From a bacterium (GTDB lineage Bacteria; Krumholzibacteriota; Krumholzibacteriia; LZORAL124-64-63): 15,651 nucleotides of DNA. Shown piece after piece: positions 6,966 through 15,510 of the stretch. The translations under genes and the position numbers were made by a program. The first letter of the stretch is position 1, and each line of letters begins with the position of its first letter. The notes below the pieces were generated by a model. That model did not search any database. It was not told the DNA's origin and saw nothing but the letters and a program-made list of their open reading frames with translations. The stretch spans positions 1 to 15,651 of the forward strand of contig JANOEP010000057.1 in NCBI GenBank assembly GCA_031441465.1, given 5' to 3'.

Positions 6966-7397
6966 GTGACCATGAGCACGAAGCGCAATGCGTTGCCGCA
7001 CAATCTATTGATCCTGCTTTGCCTCTTGCTGGCGTCCACCGTCGCGTGGGCGGCGGATGCGGACCTCGACGGCGTCGACGACACGGTGGACAACTGCCCC
7101 GGCGTCTTCAACCCGACCCAGGTTGATACCGACATGGACCAGATCGGCGACCTGTGCGACCCGGACGCCGATCCGGATTCCGACGGCCTGCCCAACTCCA
7201 TGGACAACTGCCCGTTCGTGTCCAACCCCAGCCAGGTAGATTTCGATGCTGACGGCGCCGGCGACACTTGCGACAACTGCCCGTTCATCCCGAACGTCGA
7301 CCAGGCCGACCTCGACCACAACGGCATCGGCGACGTCTGCGAGACCGTGTCCGCGGCCGGTTCGGCATGGGGCATGCTCAAGAGCTGGTATCGGTAG
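6966..7397 (+). CDS. Secreted thrombospondin type-3 repeat (Ca-binding) protein with C-terminal WGxxKxxYR tail
   Basis: Signal peptide ending AWA. Repeats DxDGxxDxxDNCPxxxNxxQxDxDxDxxGDxCD. Ends SAWGMLKSWYR. RBS GGAGG at 6954-6958. Confidence 0.9.
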   Translation: MTMSTKRNALPHNLLILLCLLLASTVAWAADADLDGVDDTVDNCPGVFNPTQVDTDMDQIGDLCDPDADPDSDGLPNSMDNCPFVSNPSQVDFDADGAGDTCDNCPFIPNVDQADLDHNGIGDVCETVSAAGSAWGMLKSWYR

Positions 7398-7490
7398 TCG
7401 GCGACCTGTTGCCAGGCTTCCGCGCGTGCCGCTCCCTCGCCTTAGAAAGTCTTGATATGATCACGGGGGTCCGTCAACGGTTCGCCGGCG

Positions 7491-10307
7491 TCAGATGACG
7501 CCGGCGGGCTGCAGCTCGGGCATCCGGGAAGACACCGGCGCCTCCAACGGCACGACGATGTCGAAGGAGCAGCCGCCGCCCGACGTGCTCTGGCAGACGA
7601 TGGTGCCGCCGAGCATCTGGGTGACCAGGTTGAAGACGATGTTCATGCCCAGGCCGCTGCCGCCGCGGCCGCGCTTGGTGGTGAAGAAGGGATCGAAGAT
7701 CCGCAGGACCTGGTCCCGGCTCATGCCGCAGCCGTCGTCGGCGTAGCGGAGGCGGACGATGCGCTCGCTGGCGACGACCTCGATGCGGATCCCGCCGCAT
7801 TCGCGCTCCTCGAAGCCGTGGATGAGCGAGTTCATCACCAGGTTGGTCATGATCTGCGAGATAGCGCCGGGGTACCCGTCCAGTGTGAGATCCTCGGGGC
7901 AGGACACCGCGACGTCCACGCGCTTGCGCTTCAGTTCGGCCCGCAGGCTGACCAGGACCTCGCCCAGGTACGCGCCCAGCCGGAAGGTGCATCGCTGCTC
8001 CGCGGACTGGTCCACCGAGACCTGCTTGAAGCTCTGCACGAGCACGGCGGCGCGGTTGAGGTTGGCCAGCACCAGGGTCGCGGACTCGTCGACCGTCGCC
8101 AGGAACTCCTCGAACTCGGACTTGCTGAGCCGGCCGGCACGGTAGGTGTCGCGCGCGGTCCGGATGCGTTGCTCGAGGTGCGAGGCGGCCGTGACGCTGA
8201 TCCCCAACGGGGTGTTGATCTCGTGCGCCACGCCGGCGACCAGGTTGCCCAGGGCCGCCATCTTCTCGGACATGATCAGCCGGGCCTGCGCCTCCTGCAA
8301 TTCCGCGGTGCGCTCCTCGACGCGCCGCTCGAGTTGCAGGTTCATGTCCTGGACGCGGCGCTCCGACTCCTTGCGCTCGGTGATGTCGCGGGCGAACGCG
8401 CATTGGAACTTGCGGCCGCCGAACTCCTGGTAGCTGGACGAGACTTCGACCGGGAAGACGCGCCCTGTTTTCGTGCAATGGAGTCCCTGGGCCAAAACAG
8501 AACCCTTGTCGCGCACGGTCCGCCAGATCTGCGGCCACTCCTCCGGCGCCAGGTCCCGCGAGATGTCGATGATCGACATGCGCAGCAACTCGTCGCGCGA
8601 GAAATCCAGGATCTGGCAGGCGGTGTCGTTGACGTCCACCAGGGAGCCGTCCTCGCCGATCCAGTAGACGGCGTCGCTGGCGTGGTCGATGGAGTATTTC
8701 GAGCGGCGCAGCTCGTTCTCCGCCTGGACGCGCTCGCTGACGTCGAGGACGAACCCCTCCACCGTCTCGAGGCGCCCGTGCTCGTCGTAGACGCCGACAC
8801 CCTGCTCCCAGACCCACTTCAGGTCGCCCTGCTTGGTGATCATGCGGTACTCGATGCGGAAGGGGGCGTGGCGCTCCATGGCGTCCCAGATCGTCGTGCG
8901 GACGTACGGGAAGTCGGCCGGATGGATGAACTGCGGGGCCGTGACGGCGCGGCCGTCGAGCAGCTCCTCGCGCGCGTAGCCGGTCAGGCCCAAGCAGCCG
9001 TCGTTCACGTAGGCGAGGGACAGGTTCTGGTCGCCCCGGCAGCGGTAGACCATGCCCGGCAGGTTGCCCACGAGCGTCGCCATCTGCCGCTGGCTGCGGC
9101 GCATCGCCTGCTCGCTGTCGACGCGGTCGGTGATGTCGCGGTAGTTGAGCACCACGCCCTCGACGCCGGACACGCCGTACATCGCCGTGAACATGCCTTC
9201 GAGGTGCAGCCAGTGGCCGTCGTGGTGCCGGACGCGGATCGCGCCGATGTTCACCGTGTGCCCGGCGTCGTTCGTCGCCTGGCGGATCCCGGCCATCACG
9301 GCGGGCTTGTCGTCGTCGTGGGTGTAGCCGCCCGGCCGACGGCCCAGCAGTTCCTGCTCCGTGATGCCGACGACGCGCTGGGCGGCCGGGCTCGCGTACG
9401 TGAAGACGCCCTTGGCGCCCACGATGAACACGATGTCCGAGGTGTTCTCGGTCAGCGCGCGGAAGCGGGCTTCGCTCTGCGACAGCGTGCGCGTGGTGAC
9501 GTCGAAACGCTGGAACTCGGCGCGCATGCGGCTGATCGCGATGCCGGCCAGCGCCATCAGCCCGCTCAGGTGCAGGGTGAGCACCGGCCAGCTGTCGACC
9601 CCGAAACCGCCGAACGACGCGAGCATCAGCCCGGCGCCCGTGAGGGCGGCGAACACGCCGATCCAGAACATCGTCGCATCACGGTCGGTGCGGTACCGTC
9701 GGCCGAACCAGACGGCAGCGGCGAAGTGCAGGAGGCCGGCCGCGACGCCCATCCTCGACAGCGTCGCCGGGTCGGTGGGCGGTCCGCCCCGTCCCGACAG
9801 GATCGTGAGCGCGAGGCCGGCGGCCGCGATCGCGGCGAGGCCGGGCCAGACCAGCATTCGTTCGGCGGAAGCGCGGCGCAGGGGCAGCCAGACGGCCGCC
9901 AACGCCGCGCCGCCGAAGATGTAACCGGCCGACACCAGTTGCCCGGATCGGGGCGAAGCCAGGGCGACCACATGCACGACACTCGTGATCGCCACGATCA
10001 GCAGCGAGGAAGAAGTCCAGATCGTGTGGACGGCGCGGCCGCGCTCCTGCCGAACCAGGAAAAATGCCGCCACCAGGATCGCCAGGCAGGCGCCGAGCAT
10101 TTCGACGGCCTGGTGCATCAGTTCCACTTCGAAATGCTTCGAGGCCCCCAGACCGGCGAACGCGAGGAAGCAGCACGTCGGCAGCAGCGCGCCGGCGAGC
10201 GGCAATCCCCAGGCGGGGGCGGTCATCCAGGTCCAGGTTCGTTTCAACAAGTCGGCTCCCCACGTCCGGCGCGCCATCCACGGCGCCACCGCTTCCCGAC
10301 CCTCCAT
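7491..10307 (-). CDS. Membrane-bound sensor histidine kinase: multi-TM sensor (MASE3-like), 3 PAS domains, HisKA, HATPase
   Basis: Several N-terminal hydrophobic helices, PAS ends DITD/DVSE/DITE, H-box GVAHEINTPL, N-box NLVMNS, G1 DDGCGM, F-box FDPFFTTK, G2 GSGLGM. Start codon uncertain. Confidence 0.93.
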   Translation of the reverse strand: MEGREAVAPWMARRTWGADLLKRTWTWMTAPAWGLPLAGALLPTCCFLAFAGLGASKHFEVELMHQAVEMLGACLAILVAAFFLVRQERGRAVHTIWTSSSLLIVAITSVVHVVALASPRSGQLVSAGYIFGGAALAAVWLPLRRASAERMLVWPGLAAIAAAGLALTILSGRGGPPTDPATLSRMGVAAGLLHFAAAVWFGRRYRTDRDATMFWIGVFAALTGAGLMLASFGGFGVDSWPVLTLHLSGLMALAGIAISRMRAEFQRFDVTTRTLSQSEARFRALTENTSDIVFIVGAKGVFTYASPAAQRVVGITEQELLGRRPGGYTHDDDKPAVMAGIRQATNDAGHTVNIGAIRVRHHDGHWLHLEGMFTAMYGVSGVEGVVLNYRDITDRVDSEQAMRRSQRQMATLVGNLPGMVYRCRGDQNLSLAYVNDGCLGLTGYAREELLDGRAVTAPQFIHPADFPYVRTTIWDAMERHAPFRIEYRMITKQGDLKWVWEQGVGVYDEHGRLETVEGFVLDVSERVQAENELRRSKYSIDHASDAVYWIGEDGSLVDVNDTACQILDFSRDELLRMSIIDISRDLAPEEWPQIWRTVRDKGSVLAQGLHCTKTGRVFPVEVSSSYQEFGGRKFQCAFARDITERKESERRVQDMNLQLERRVEERTAELQEAQARLIMSEKMAALGNLVAGVAHEINTPLGISVTAASHLEQRIRTARDTYRAGRLSKSEFEEFLATVDESATLVLANLNRAAVLVQSFKQVSVDQSAEQRCTFRLGAYLGEVLVSLRAELKRKRVDVAVSCPEDLTLDGYPGAISQIMTNLVMNSLIHGFEERECGGIRIEVVASERIVRLRYADDGCGMSRDQVLRIFDPFFTTKRGRGGSGLGMNIVFNLVTQMLGGTIVCQSTSGGGCSFDIVVPLEAPVSSRMPELQPAGVI

Positions 10308-10362
10308 CCCACTCCATCGGCCCGATCCCGCCCACCATGAGCGCTTTGATCGTCGGGCAACC

Positions 10363-12483
10363 TCACACCTCGACGGTCCCCGCCGGCGCCAAACAGCGGG
10401 GGAGCGTCATCCGGAACGTCGCGCCCTCGCCGGGCCTGCTCGCGCAGGCGATGCTCCCGCCGAGGACGTCGGTCACCAGGTTGTAGACGATGTGCATGCC
10501 GAGCCCGCTGCCGCCCTCGCCGCGCCGCGTGGTGAAGAAGGGGTCGAAGACCCGGCGGCGCACGGCGTCGTCCATGCCGCGGCCGTCGTCGGCGTACACC
10601 AGATCCACGTCATCGCCGTGCTCCGCCGCCGTGATGCGGATCGTCCCGGAATCCTCGGGAGCGAACGCGTGCAGCAGCGAGTTCTGCACGAGGTTGGTGA
10701 CGATCTGGGCCACGGCTCCCGGCAACGAATCCACGCCGACGCCGGGCGGGCAGTCCACGACGATCCGCAGCGGACGGTGCCGGTACTGTGGGCGCAGGCT
10801 AGCCACGACCTCGGCGATGTACTCGCCCAGATCGAACGACCGTCGCTCCTCGCTGCACTGGTCCACCGCGACGTGCTTGAAGCTCTGCACCAGGTCGGCG
10901 GTGCGCGACAGGTTGGCCACGATCATGCCGGCCGCCTCCTCGCCGTCGGCGAGCAGGGTGTCGAGATCGGCGCGCTTCAGCCCGCCCTGGCCCAGGGCCC
11001 GGCGCGTGGCGAGGACCCGGTCGCGCAGATGGGTCGCCGCGGTCAGCCCCACGCCCAGCGGCGTGTTGATCTCGTGGGCCAGGCCGGCGACCAGCCCGCC
11101 GAGCGCCGCCATCTTCTCCGAAGCGATGAGATGTTCCTGGGCCTCTTCCAGATCCCGCGTCCGCGCCGCGACGCGGCGCTCCAGATCCCCGTTCAACTCG
11201 CGGATCGTCCGCTCGGCTTCGATCCGCCCGGTGATGTCGGTGATGAACCCCTCCAGGGTCGAGATCTCGCCAAATTCATCGACGACGCCGATCCCTTGTT
11301 CCCACACCCACTTGACCGCGCCGTCGGCGGTGAGGATGCGGTACTCGTGCGCGTACCCGCCCCGCGCCGCCACGGCGTCTCGGATGACGAGCCGGACCTG
11401 CTCGACGTCGTCCGGGTGGATGATGTCCCGGGCCGTCACGGGACGTTCGCCAAAGAACTGCTCGGGCTGGTACCCCGTCAGGGCGACGGAGCCGTCACTG
11501 ACGAACTCGAGCGTCATCTCGCGGTCGTAACGGCAGCGGAAGGCCAGACCCGGCAGATTGTCCAGCAGGGTCGCCAGCCGACGGCGACTTTCCTGCAGTT
11601 CGCGATCCGCGCGCCGGCTGTCCGTGACGTCCCGATAGACCACAACGGTCCCGGTGACGCCCGGCTCGTCGGGCAGGTCCGTGCACGCGCCGTCGAGATG
11701 CAGCCAGGAACCGTCCGGCCGCCTGGCCCGCACGTTCTCCAGGCGGACCGTATGGCCGGGCTGCCGACGGGCCTCCGCCAGGGCCCGTTCCACCTGCGGC
11801 CGGTCCTGTTCGTGCACCAGCAGGCCGCTGCGCCGCCCCAACAGTTCACGCTCCCGGCCGCCCAGGGCCCGGACGGCGGCGGGGCTCACGTAGGTCGTGA
11901 CACCGTCGTGGTCGAGGACGAGGACGAGGTCGGAGGTGTTCTCGGTGATCGCCCGGAAGCGCGCGTTGGTGTCGGCGAGGCGGTCTTCGGCGAGCTTCGC
12001 CTCGGTCCGGTCCGTGGCGAAGAGGCAGCCGTAGAACCGGCCGTCGTACGACACGCGGTTGCCCACCAGGCGCACAGTGAACGCGTCGCCCCCGGCCCGC
12101 CGCCACGCCATGTCGCCGGCATAGCTGCCCTGGTTGACCAGGGACTGCCAGATCTGGAGCCACGCCGACCGCGAACCCGCGAACGCGTCGGCCAGTTGCG
12201 TGTCGCGCAGGTCGGCGGCGCCGCCGAGCAGGCGCGCGGCCGTGCAGTTGTGGTCCATGACGCTGCCGTCGGCGCGCACCCAGAAGATGGCGTAGGCGGC
12301 GTTGCTCATCGACTCCCGCGCCAGTTCCAGTTCGCGCCTCGTGCGGAGCAGTTCCTCGTGCTCGAGTCGAGCCTCCTCCCCGAGGAGGCCGCGCACGTGC
12401 GACAGCGCCTCGCGCAGTTCGGCCGCGAACCGCTTGCCGCGGCCCAAGGAAGAGGGATCCCCTCGTGATGGTCGACGGAGCAT
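10363..12483 (-). CDS. Cytoplasmic PAS sensor histidine kinase: 3 PAS domains, HisKA, HATPase
   Basis: H-box GLAHEINTPL, NLVQNS, DDGRGM, FDPFFTT, GSGLGM, with no TM segment. ATG 12483 with a GGGGTG RBS-like element is preferred over the listed start at 12564. Confidence 0.92.
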   Translation of the reverse strand: MLRRPSRGDPSSLGRGKRFAAELREALSHVRGLLGEEARLEHEELLRTRRELELARESMSNAAYAIFWVRADGSVMDHNCTAARLLGGAADLRDTQLADAFAGSRSAWLQIWQSLVNQGSYAGDMAWRRAGGDAFTVRLVGNRVSYDGRFYGCLFATDRTEAKLAEDRLADTNARFRAITENTSDLVLVLDHDGVTTYVSPAAVRALGGRERELLGRRSGLLVHEQDRPQVERALAEARRQPGHTVRLENVRARRPDGSWLHLDGACTDLPDEPGVTGTVVVYRDVTDSRRADRELQESRRRLATLLDNLPGLAFRCRYDREMTLEFVSDGSVALTGYQPEQFFGERPVTARDIIHPDDVEQVRLVIRDAVAARGGYAHEYRILTADGAVKWVWEQGIGVVDEFGEISTLEGFITDITGRIEAERTIRELNGDLERRVAARTRDLEEAQEHLIASEKMAALGGLVAGLAHEINTPLGVGLTAATHLRDRVLATRRALGQGGLKRADLDTLLADGEEAAGMIVANLSRTADLVQSFKHVAVDQCSEERRSFDLGEYIAEVVASLRPQYRHRPLRIVVDCPPGVGVDSLPGAVAQIVTNLVQNSLLHAFAPEDSGTIRITAAEHGDDVDLVYADDGRGMDDAVRRRVFDPFFTTRRGEGGSGLGMHIVYNLVTDVLGGSIACASRPGEGATFRMTLPRCLAPAGTVEV

Positions 12484-12608
12484 GGCACCCCATGGTCGTG
12501 CATGAACGACCGGGAAGCGACGGCCTCCCCGGCTCGTGACGCCTGCCCGTGTCTTCGACCGCACGGGCGGCGCCTGTAGCGCGAAACATCGGCGCGGGGG
12601 ATCACGAC

Positions 12609-12642
12609 GAAGGCGCCCCCGGCCTGCGACGGGGGCGCCTTC
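12609..12642 (-). terminator. GC-rich hairpin, probable intrinsic terminator of the ECF operon
   Basis: Perfect 13-bp inverted repeat GAAGGCGCCCCCG / CGGGGGCGCCTTC with an 8-nt loop, about 20 nt past the stop at 12662. The U-tract is weak. Confidence 0.7.
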
Positions 12643-12661
12643 TGATGCTGATCACGTGGTG

Positions 12662-13234
12662 TCAGCCCCGGCGCGGGGCCTTCTCCCGGCGCGAGCGGAA
12701 AACCAGCCAGCCGCCGGCGGCGATCAGGCCGACGGGCCACCAGTCCTTCAACCACTCGAGGTCCACGTCCAGGACGGTGTTGAGCAGGGCCACCACGCCG
12801 ATGGCCAGCAGGACCAACCCGCCGAAGAGCATGCCGCCGGCGTCGGGCAGGGCGAAGTCGGCGGGCACGCCGCCGGCGTAGCCGGCCTCGAGCGCCTGGT
12901 TGAAGATCGTGGCCCGGCGACCGGCGTCCACCAGCTGGTAGAAGTAGAAGAACGCCAGGAAGATCGCGAACAGCGGCTCGATGCCGTCGGCGGCGCCGGA
13001 GGCCAGCGCCGTGATCAGCGAGGCGAAGATCACGACCGTCGTCACGGCCTGCCGGAAGTAGCCCAGGTAGACGTAGCCGAGGCCGGGCATCAGGACCGAC
13101 AGGATGACCGTGAAGGGCGCGGACTTCAGGGGCAGGTCGCGCCGCGTGTACACGGGCGGGACCGGCGGCGGCGGCGGGGCGTGGGGCGAGTCCGGGGTGA
13201 AGGCCGGCTGCCGGGTGTCGTGTGTCTGCTCCAT
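12662..13234 (-). CDS. Membrane protein with N-terminal SxxxPGLGxxY helix pair and C-terminal LiaF/LiaI-like TM region
   Basis: KSAPFTVILSVLMPGLGYVYLG and GGLVLLAIGVVALL...WWPVGLIAAGGWLVF, after a Pro-rich N-terminus. RBS AAGGAG supports ATG 13234. Confidence 0.8.
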   Translation of the reverse strand: MEQTHDTRQPAFTPDSPHAPPPPPVPPVYTRRDLPLKSAPFTVILSVLMPGLGYVYLGYFRQAVTTVVIFASLITALASGAADGIEPLFAIFLAFFYFYQLVDAGRRATIFNQALEAGYAGGVPADFALPDAGGMLFGGLVLLAIGVVALLNTVLDVDLEWLKDWWPVGLIAAGGWLVFRSRREKAPRRG

Positions 13235-13276
13235 GGTTCTCTCCTTGGCTCGCGTTTCATCCATCCACGTACGGTG

Positions 13277-14167
13277 TCAGTCGCCGGCGGCGGCGGGCTC
13301 GTCGTCGCGCCAGTCGTTCCAGAGCTGCGTCAGGTCCCCGCCTGCGGCTTGCAGACGTTGGGCGACGGTGTCGAAATCCCCGTGCAGGAGAGCCGCGCCC
13401 GCCTCCCGACCGTGCCGCAGCAGGTCGGCCCGATCCGGCGCGGTGCGGTTGCGACGCTCGGCCACGTCCTGCTGCACCGCGCCGATCCCCGCGCCGGCGA
13501 TGCCGGTCAACTCGCCGGCGGTGTCGATCATCCAACCGGGTCCGGCCTGGACCGCGGCCAAAGCCCGGGCCGGCGCGCGACGCGCCGGCGAGAGCGGGGT
13601 CCCGAACAGCAGGACCAGGACCACCGTGGCGGCGAAGGCGACCTCCCAGGCGAACTGGGGCCGGGCCGCCTGGCCCTGCCACCACGCCCCGAGACGGTCC
13701 GCCAAGCGGGGTAGCGCGCCGCCGCGCTTGCGCGCCCGCGTGGCAGACGTGGCCCGCAGGATGTCGTAGGTGAAGGTCGCATCCAACTCGGGCTCGGCCA
13801 GTTCCCGCACGGTCGCCAGGGCGGCGTCCAACGTCAGGGCCAGCTCGGCACAGGCCCGGCAGTGGTCGAGATGAGCCTGCAACAGCAGCAACTCATCCGC
13901 GGGCAGGTTCCCGTCGGGCCGCGCGCCGAGCAGCGCCTCGGCGCGGCCGCAGGCGGGACCCGAAGTCACCGCGATCACGCTGTCGGCCAGCCGCGGCGCC
14001 TCCTCGCCGGCCAGGGCGGGCAGGTCGGCGGATACCAGGCGCAGCAGATCCCGGCAGCGGTCGCAAGCAGCCGCGTGGGACTGGAAAAAGGCCGCGTCGC
14101 GCCCGTCGAGACTACCGCCGAGGTACGCGTCCAGAAGGGCTTCCCATGCCGTGCAGCGCGTGTTCAT
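13277..14167 (-). CDS. Membrane-anchored zinc-binding anti-sigma factor with two zf-HC2 (ZAS) domains
   Basis: ATGA overlap with the sigma stop. C...LDAYLGGSL...HAAACDRC and C...DGNL...HLDHCRAC, then TM helix FAWEVAFAATVVLVLLFG. Confidence 0.88.
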   Translation of the reverse strand: MNTRCTAWEALLDAYLGGSLDGRDAAFFQSHAAACDRCRDLLRLVSADLPALAGEEAPRLADSVIAVTSGPACGRAEALLGARPDGNLPADELLLLQAHLDHCRACAELALTLDAALATVRELAEPELDATFTYDILRATSATRARKRGGALPRLADRLGAWWQGQAARPQFAWEVAFAATVVLVLLFGTPLSPARRAPARALAAVQAGPGWMIDTAGELTGIAGAGIGAVQQDVAERRNRTAPDRADLLRHGREAGAALLHGDFDTVAQRLQAAGGDLTQLWNDWRDDEPAAAGD

Positions 14168-14736
14168 GCCGTCGCCTCCGCGCCCGCGGTTCCCATCAGG
14201 CCCTGCACGGCCTTGGCCAGTTCCAGCCGCGCCCGGCTGGAACGCGACTTGACCGTGCCGAGGGGCAGGTTCAACAAGCGGGCGATCTCTTCCAACGCGA
14301 GTCCCTGCATGTCCTTCAGCAGGATGATCTCGCGGTTGATCTCGCTCAGGGAGTGCAGCGCCGTCTCGACGATGCGGCGGCGCGCCTGGCGCTCCATCTC
14401 CTCGTCGGGCGCCTCGTCGGGCGCGACCAGCCGGAGTGCTTCGTCGGCCGGGATGTCCCGAGCCGGCGGCCGCGCCTTGCGGCGGCGCAAGTGGTCGATG
14501 CAGGCGTTGCGGGAGATGCGCACCAGCCAGGGCAGGAACCGGTCGGCGTCCTTGCACCCGTCGAGGTTGCGGTAGATCCGCACGAAGATGTCCTGGGAGA
14601 GGTCGCGCGCCTCGTCGCGGTCGCGAACGTAGGTCATGGCGATCCCGTAGACGCGGGCCTGGGTCTGCCGGACGAGCATCTCCCAGGCGAGTTCGTCGCC
14701 GGCGCGGCAGCTCTCGAGCAGATTGGCCAGGTCCAT
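14164..14736 (-). CDS. ECF-subfamily RNA polymerase sigma-70 factor
   Basis: Region 2: GDELAWEMLV...EARDLSQDIFVRIY...FLPWLVRISRNACIDHLRRR. Region 4: LSEINREIILL...EEIARLLNLPLGTVKSRSSRAR. RBS AGGGGAG before ATG 14736. Confidence 0.95.
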   Translation of the reverse strand: MDLANLLESCRAGDELAWEMLVRQTQARVYGIAMTYVRDRDEARDLSQDIFVRIYRNLDGCKDADRFLPWLVRISRNACIDHLRRRKARPPARDIPADEALRLVAPDEAPDEEMERQARRRIVETALHSLSEINREIILLKDMQGLALEEIARLLNLPLGTVKSRSSRARLELAKAVQGLMGTAGAEATA

Positions 14737-14825
14737 CGTCCCACTCCCCTGTCGCCGTGCCGGTGCAGCCCCGTCGGCGGCCCCGTGCGGGCCGACCGAC
14801 CCCCATGCGGGCCGACTAACCACAG

Positions 14826-14852
14826 AGACGCACGCCCGCGGCCGCGGGTTCG
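14826..14852 (-). promoter_or_regulatory. Putative ECF-dependent (autoregulatory) promoter
   Basis: Minus strand reads cGAAC-N17-CGTCt (GAAC 14851-14848, CGTC 14830-14827), matching the common ECF AAC/CGT consensus, ~90 nt upstream of the sigma start. Confidence 0.65.
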
Positions 14853-14885
14853 CCGCTTACTGGGAAAAAGTGTGAGGGCGACCGG

Positions 14886-15398
14886 TCAGGCCCGCTGGGT
14901 CAGACGATCGGGCTCGTCGCTGTCGGCGGTGGTGCTGCGGGGCGCCCTGATCGTCAGCACGGGGCAGACGGCCCCGCGGAACACCGTTTCGGCCACGGAT
15001 CCGAACAGCAGCCGCCGCCAGCCGCTACGGCCGTGCGTGGCGATGAAGATGGCGTCGGCCTCCAGATCGGCCGCCGCCGCCAGGATCTCATGAGCGGGGT
15101 CGCCCCGCCGCACGAGCAGGTGCAGGTCCACTTCCCGCGGGATGCGGTCGTGAGCCGCTTCCGCGAGCATCGTCTGGGCCCCGCGCAGCATTTCGCCGGC
15201 GAGGTCGGACGACGGCATGGCCGGCCCGCCCACGCCGGCGGCCTCGGCCGGGGTCGCGATGACCGGCACGGGCGCCACGACGTGCAACCAGTTCAGCTCC
15301 GCACGGAAGTACTGGGCGAACTCGATCGCGGCATTCAGCGCGGTGTAGGAGGGCTCGCTGAAGTCCGTGGGGCAGAGGATCCGCTTCAACGGCAACAT
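14886..15398 (-). CDS. Universal stress protein (UspA family, single domain)
   Basis: KRILCPTDFSEPS...LHVV...GDPAHEIL...ADAIFIATHGRSGWRRLLFGSVAETVFRGAVCPVLTIR. RBS AGGAG. Confidence 0.95.
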   Translation of the reverse strand: MLPLKRILCPTDFSEPSYTALNAAIEFAQYFRAELNWLHVVAPVPVIATPAEAAGVGGPAMPSSDLAGEMLRGAQTMLAEAAHDRIPREVDLHLLVRRGDPAHEILAAAADLEADAIFIATHGRSGWRRLLFGSVAETVFRGAVCPVLTIRAPRSTTADSDEPDRLTQRA

Positions 15399-15510
15399 GG
15401 GACGCTCCTCTCACTCGGACCGCAGTTCGTGCAGGACCAGCCCGAATCTACCACATCCCCTTCGTTGTGCCGTCGAGATTGTGTCCAGCGACCCCCCAGG
15501 TCCGTGCAGC

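Noticed and set aside
7050..7340. Repeated GACAACTGCCC-type DNA units, possible CRISPR or tandem repeat
   Set aside because: They are the coding repeats (DNCP) of the thrombospondin type-3 protein. They are degenerate and in frame, and there are no cas genes.
7818..12468. Very long plus-strand ORFs 7818..10340 (840 aa) and 9985..12468 (827 aa)
   Set aside because: They are antisense shadows of the two histidine kinases. They have no recognisable motifs, and stop-poor antisense frames are expected in high-GC coding DNA.
12494..12568. Small inverted repeats upstream of the soluble kinase (GGTCGT/ACGACC; GCCCGTG/CACGGGC) as a riboswitch or operator
   Set aside because: Stems of 6-7 bp are expected by chance at this GC content, and no known RNA motif was recognised.
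14168..14806. N-terminal extension of ORF 13277..14806, suggesting a sigma/anti-sigma fusion or overlapping gene
   Set aside because: It is an off-frame read of the sigma gene. The anti-sigma starts at the ATGA overlap at 14167.
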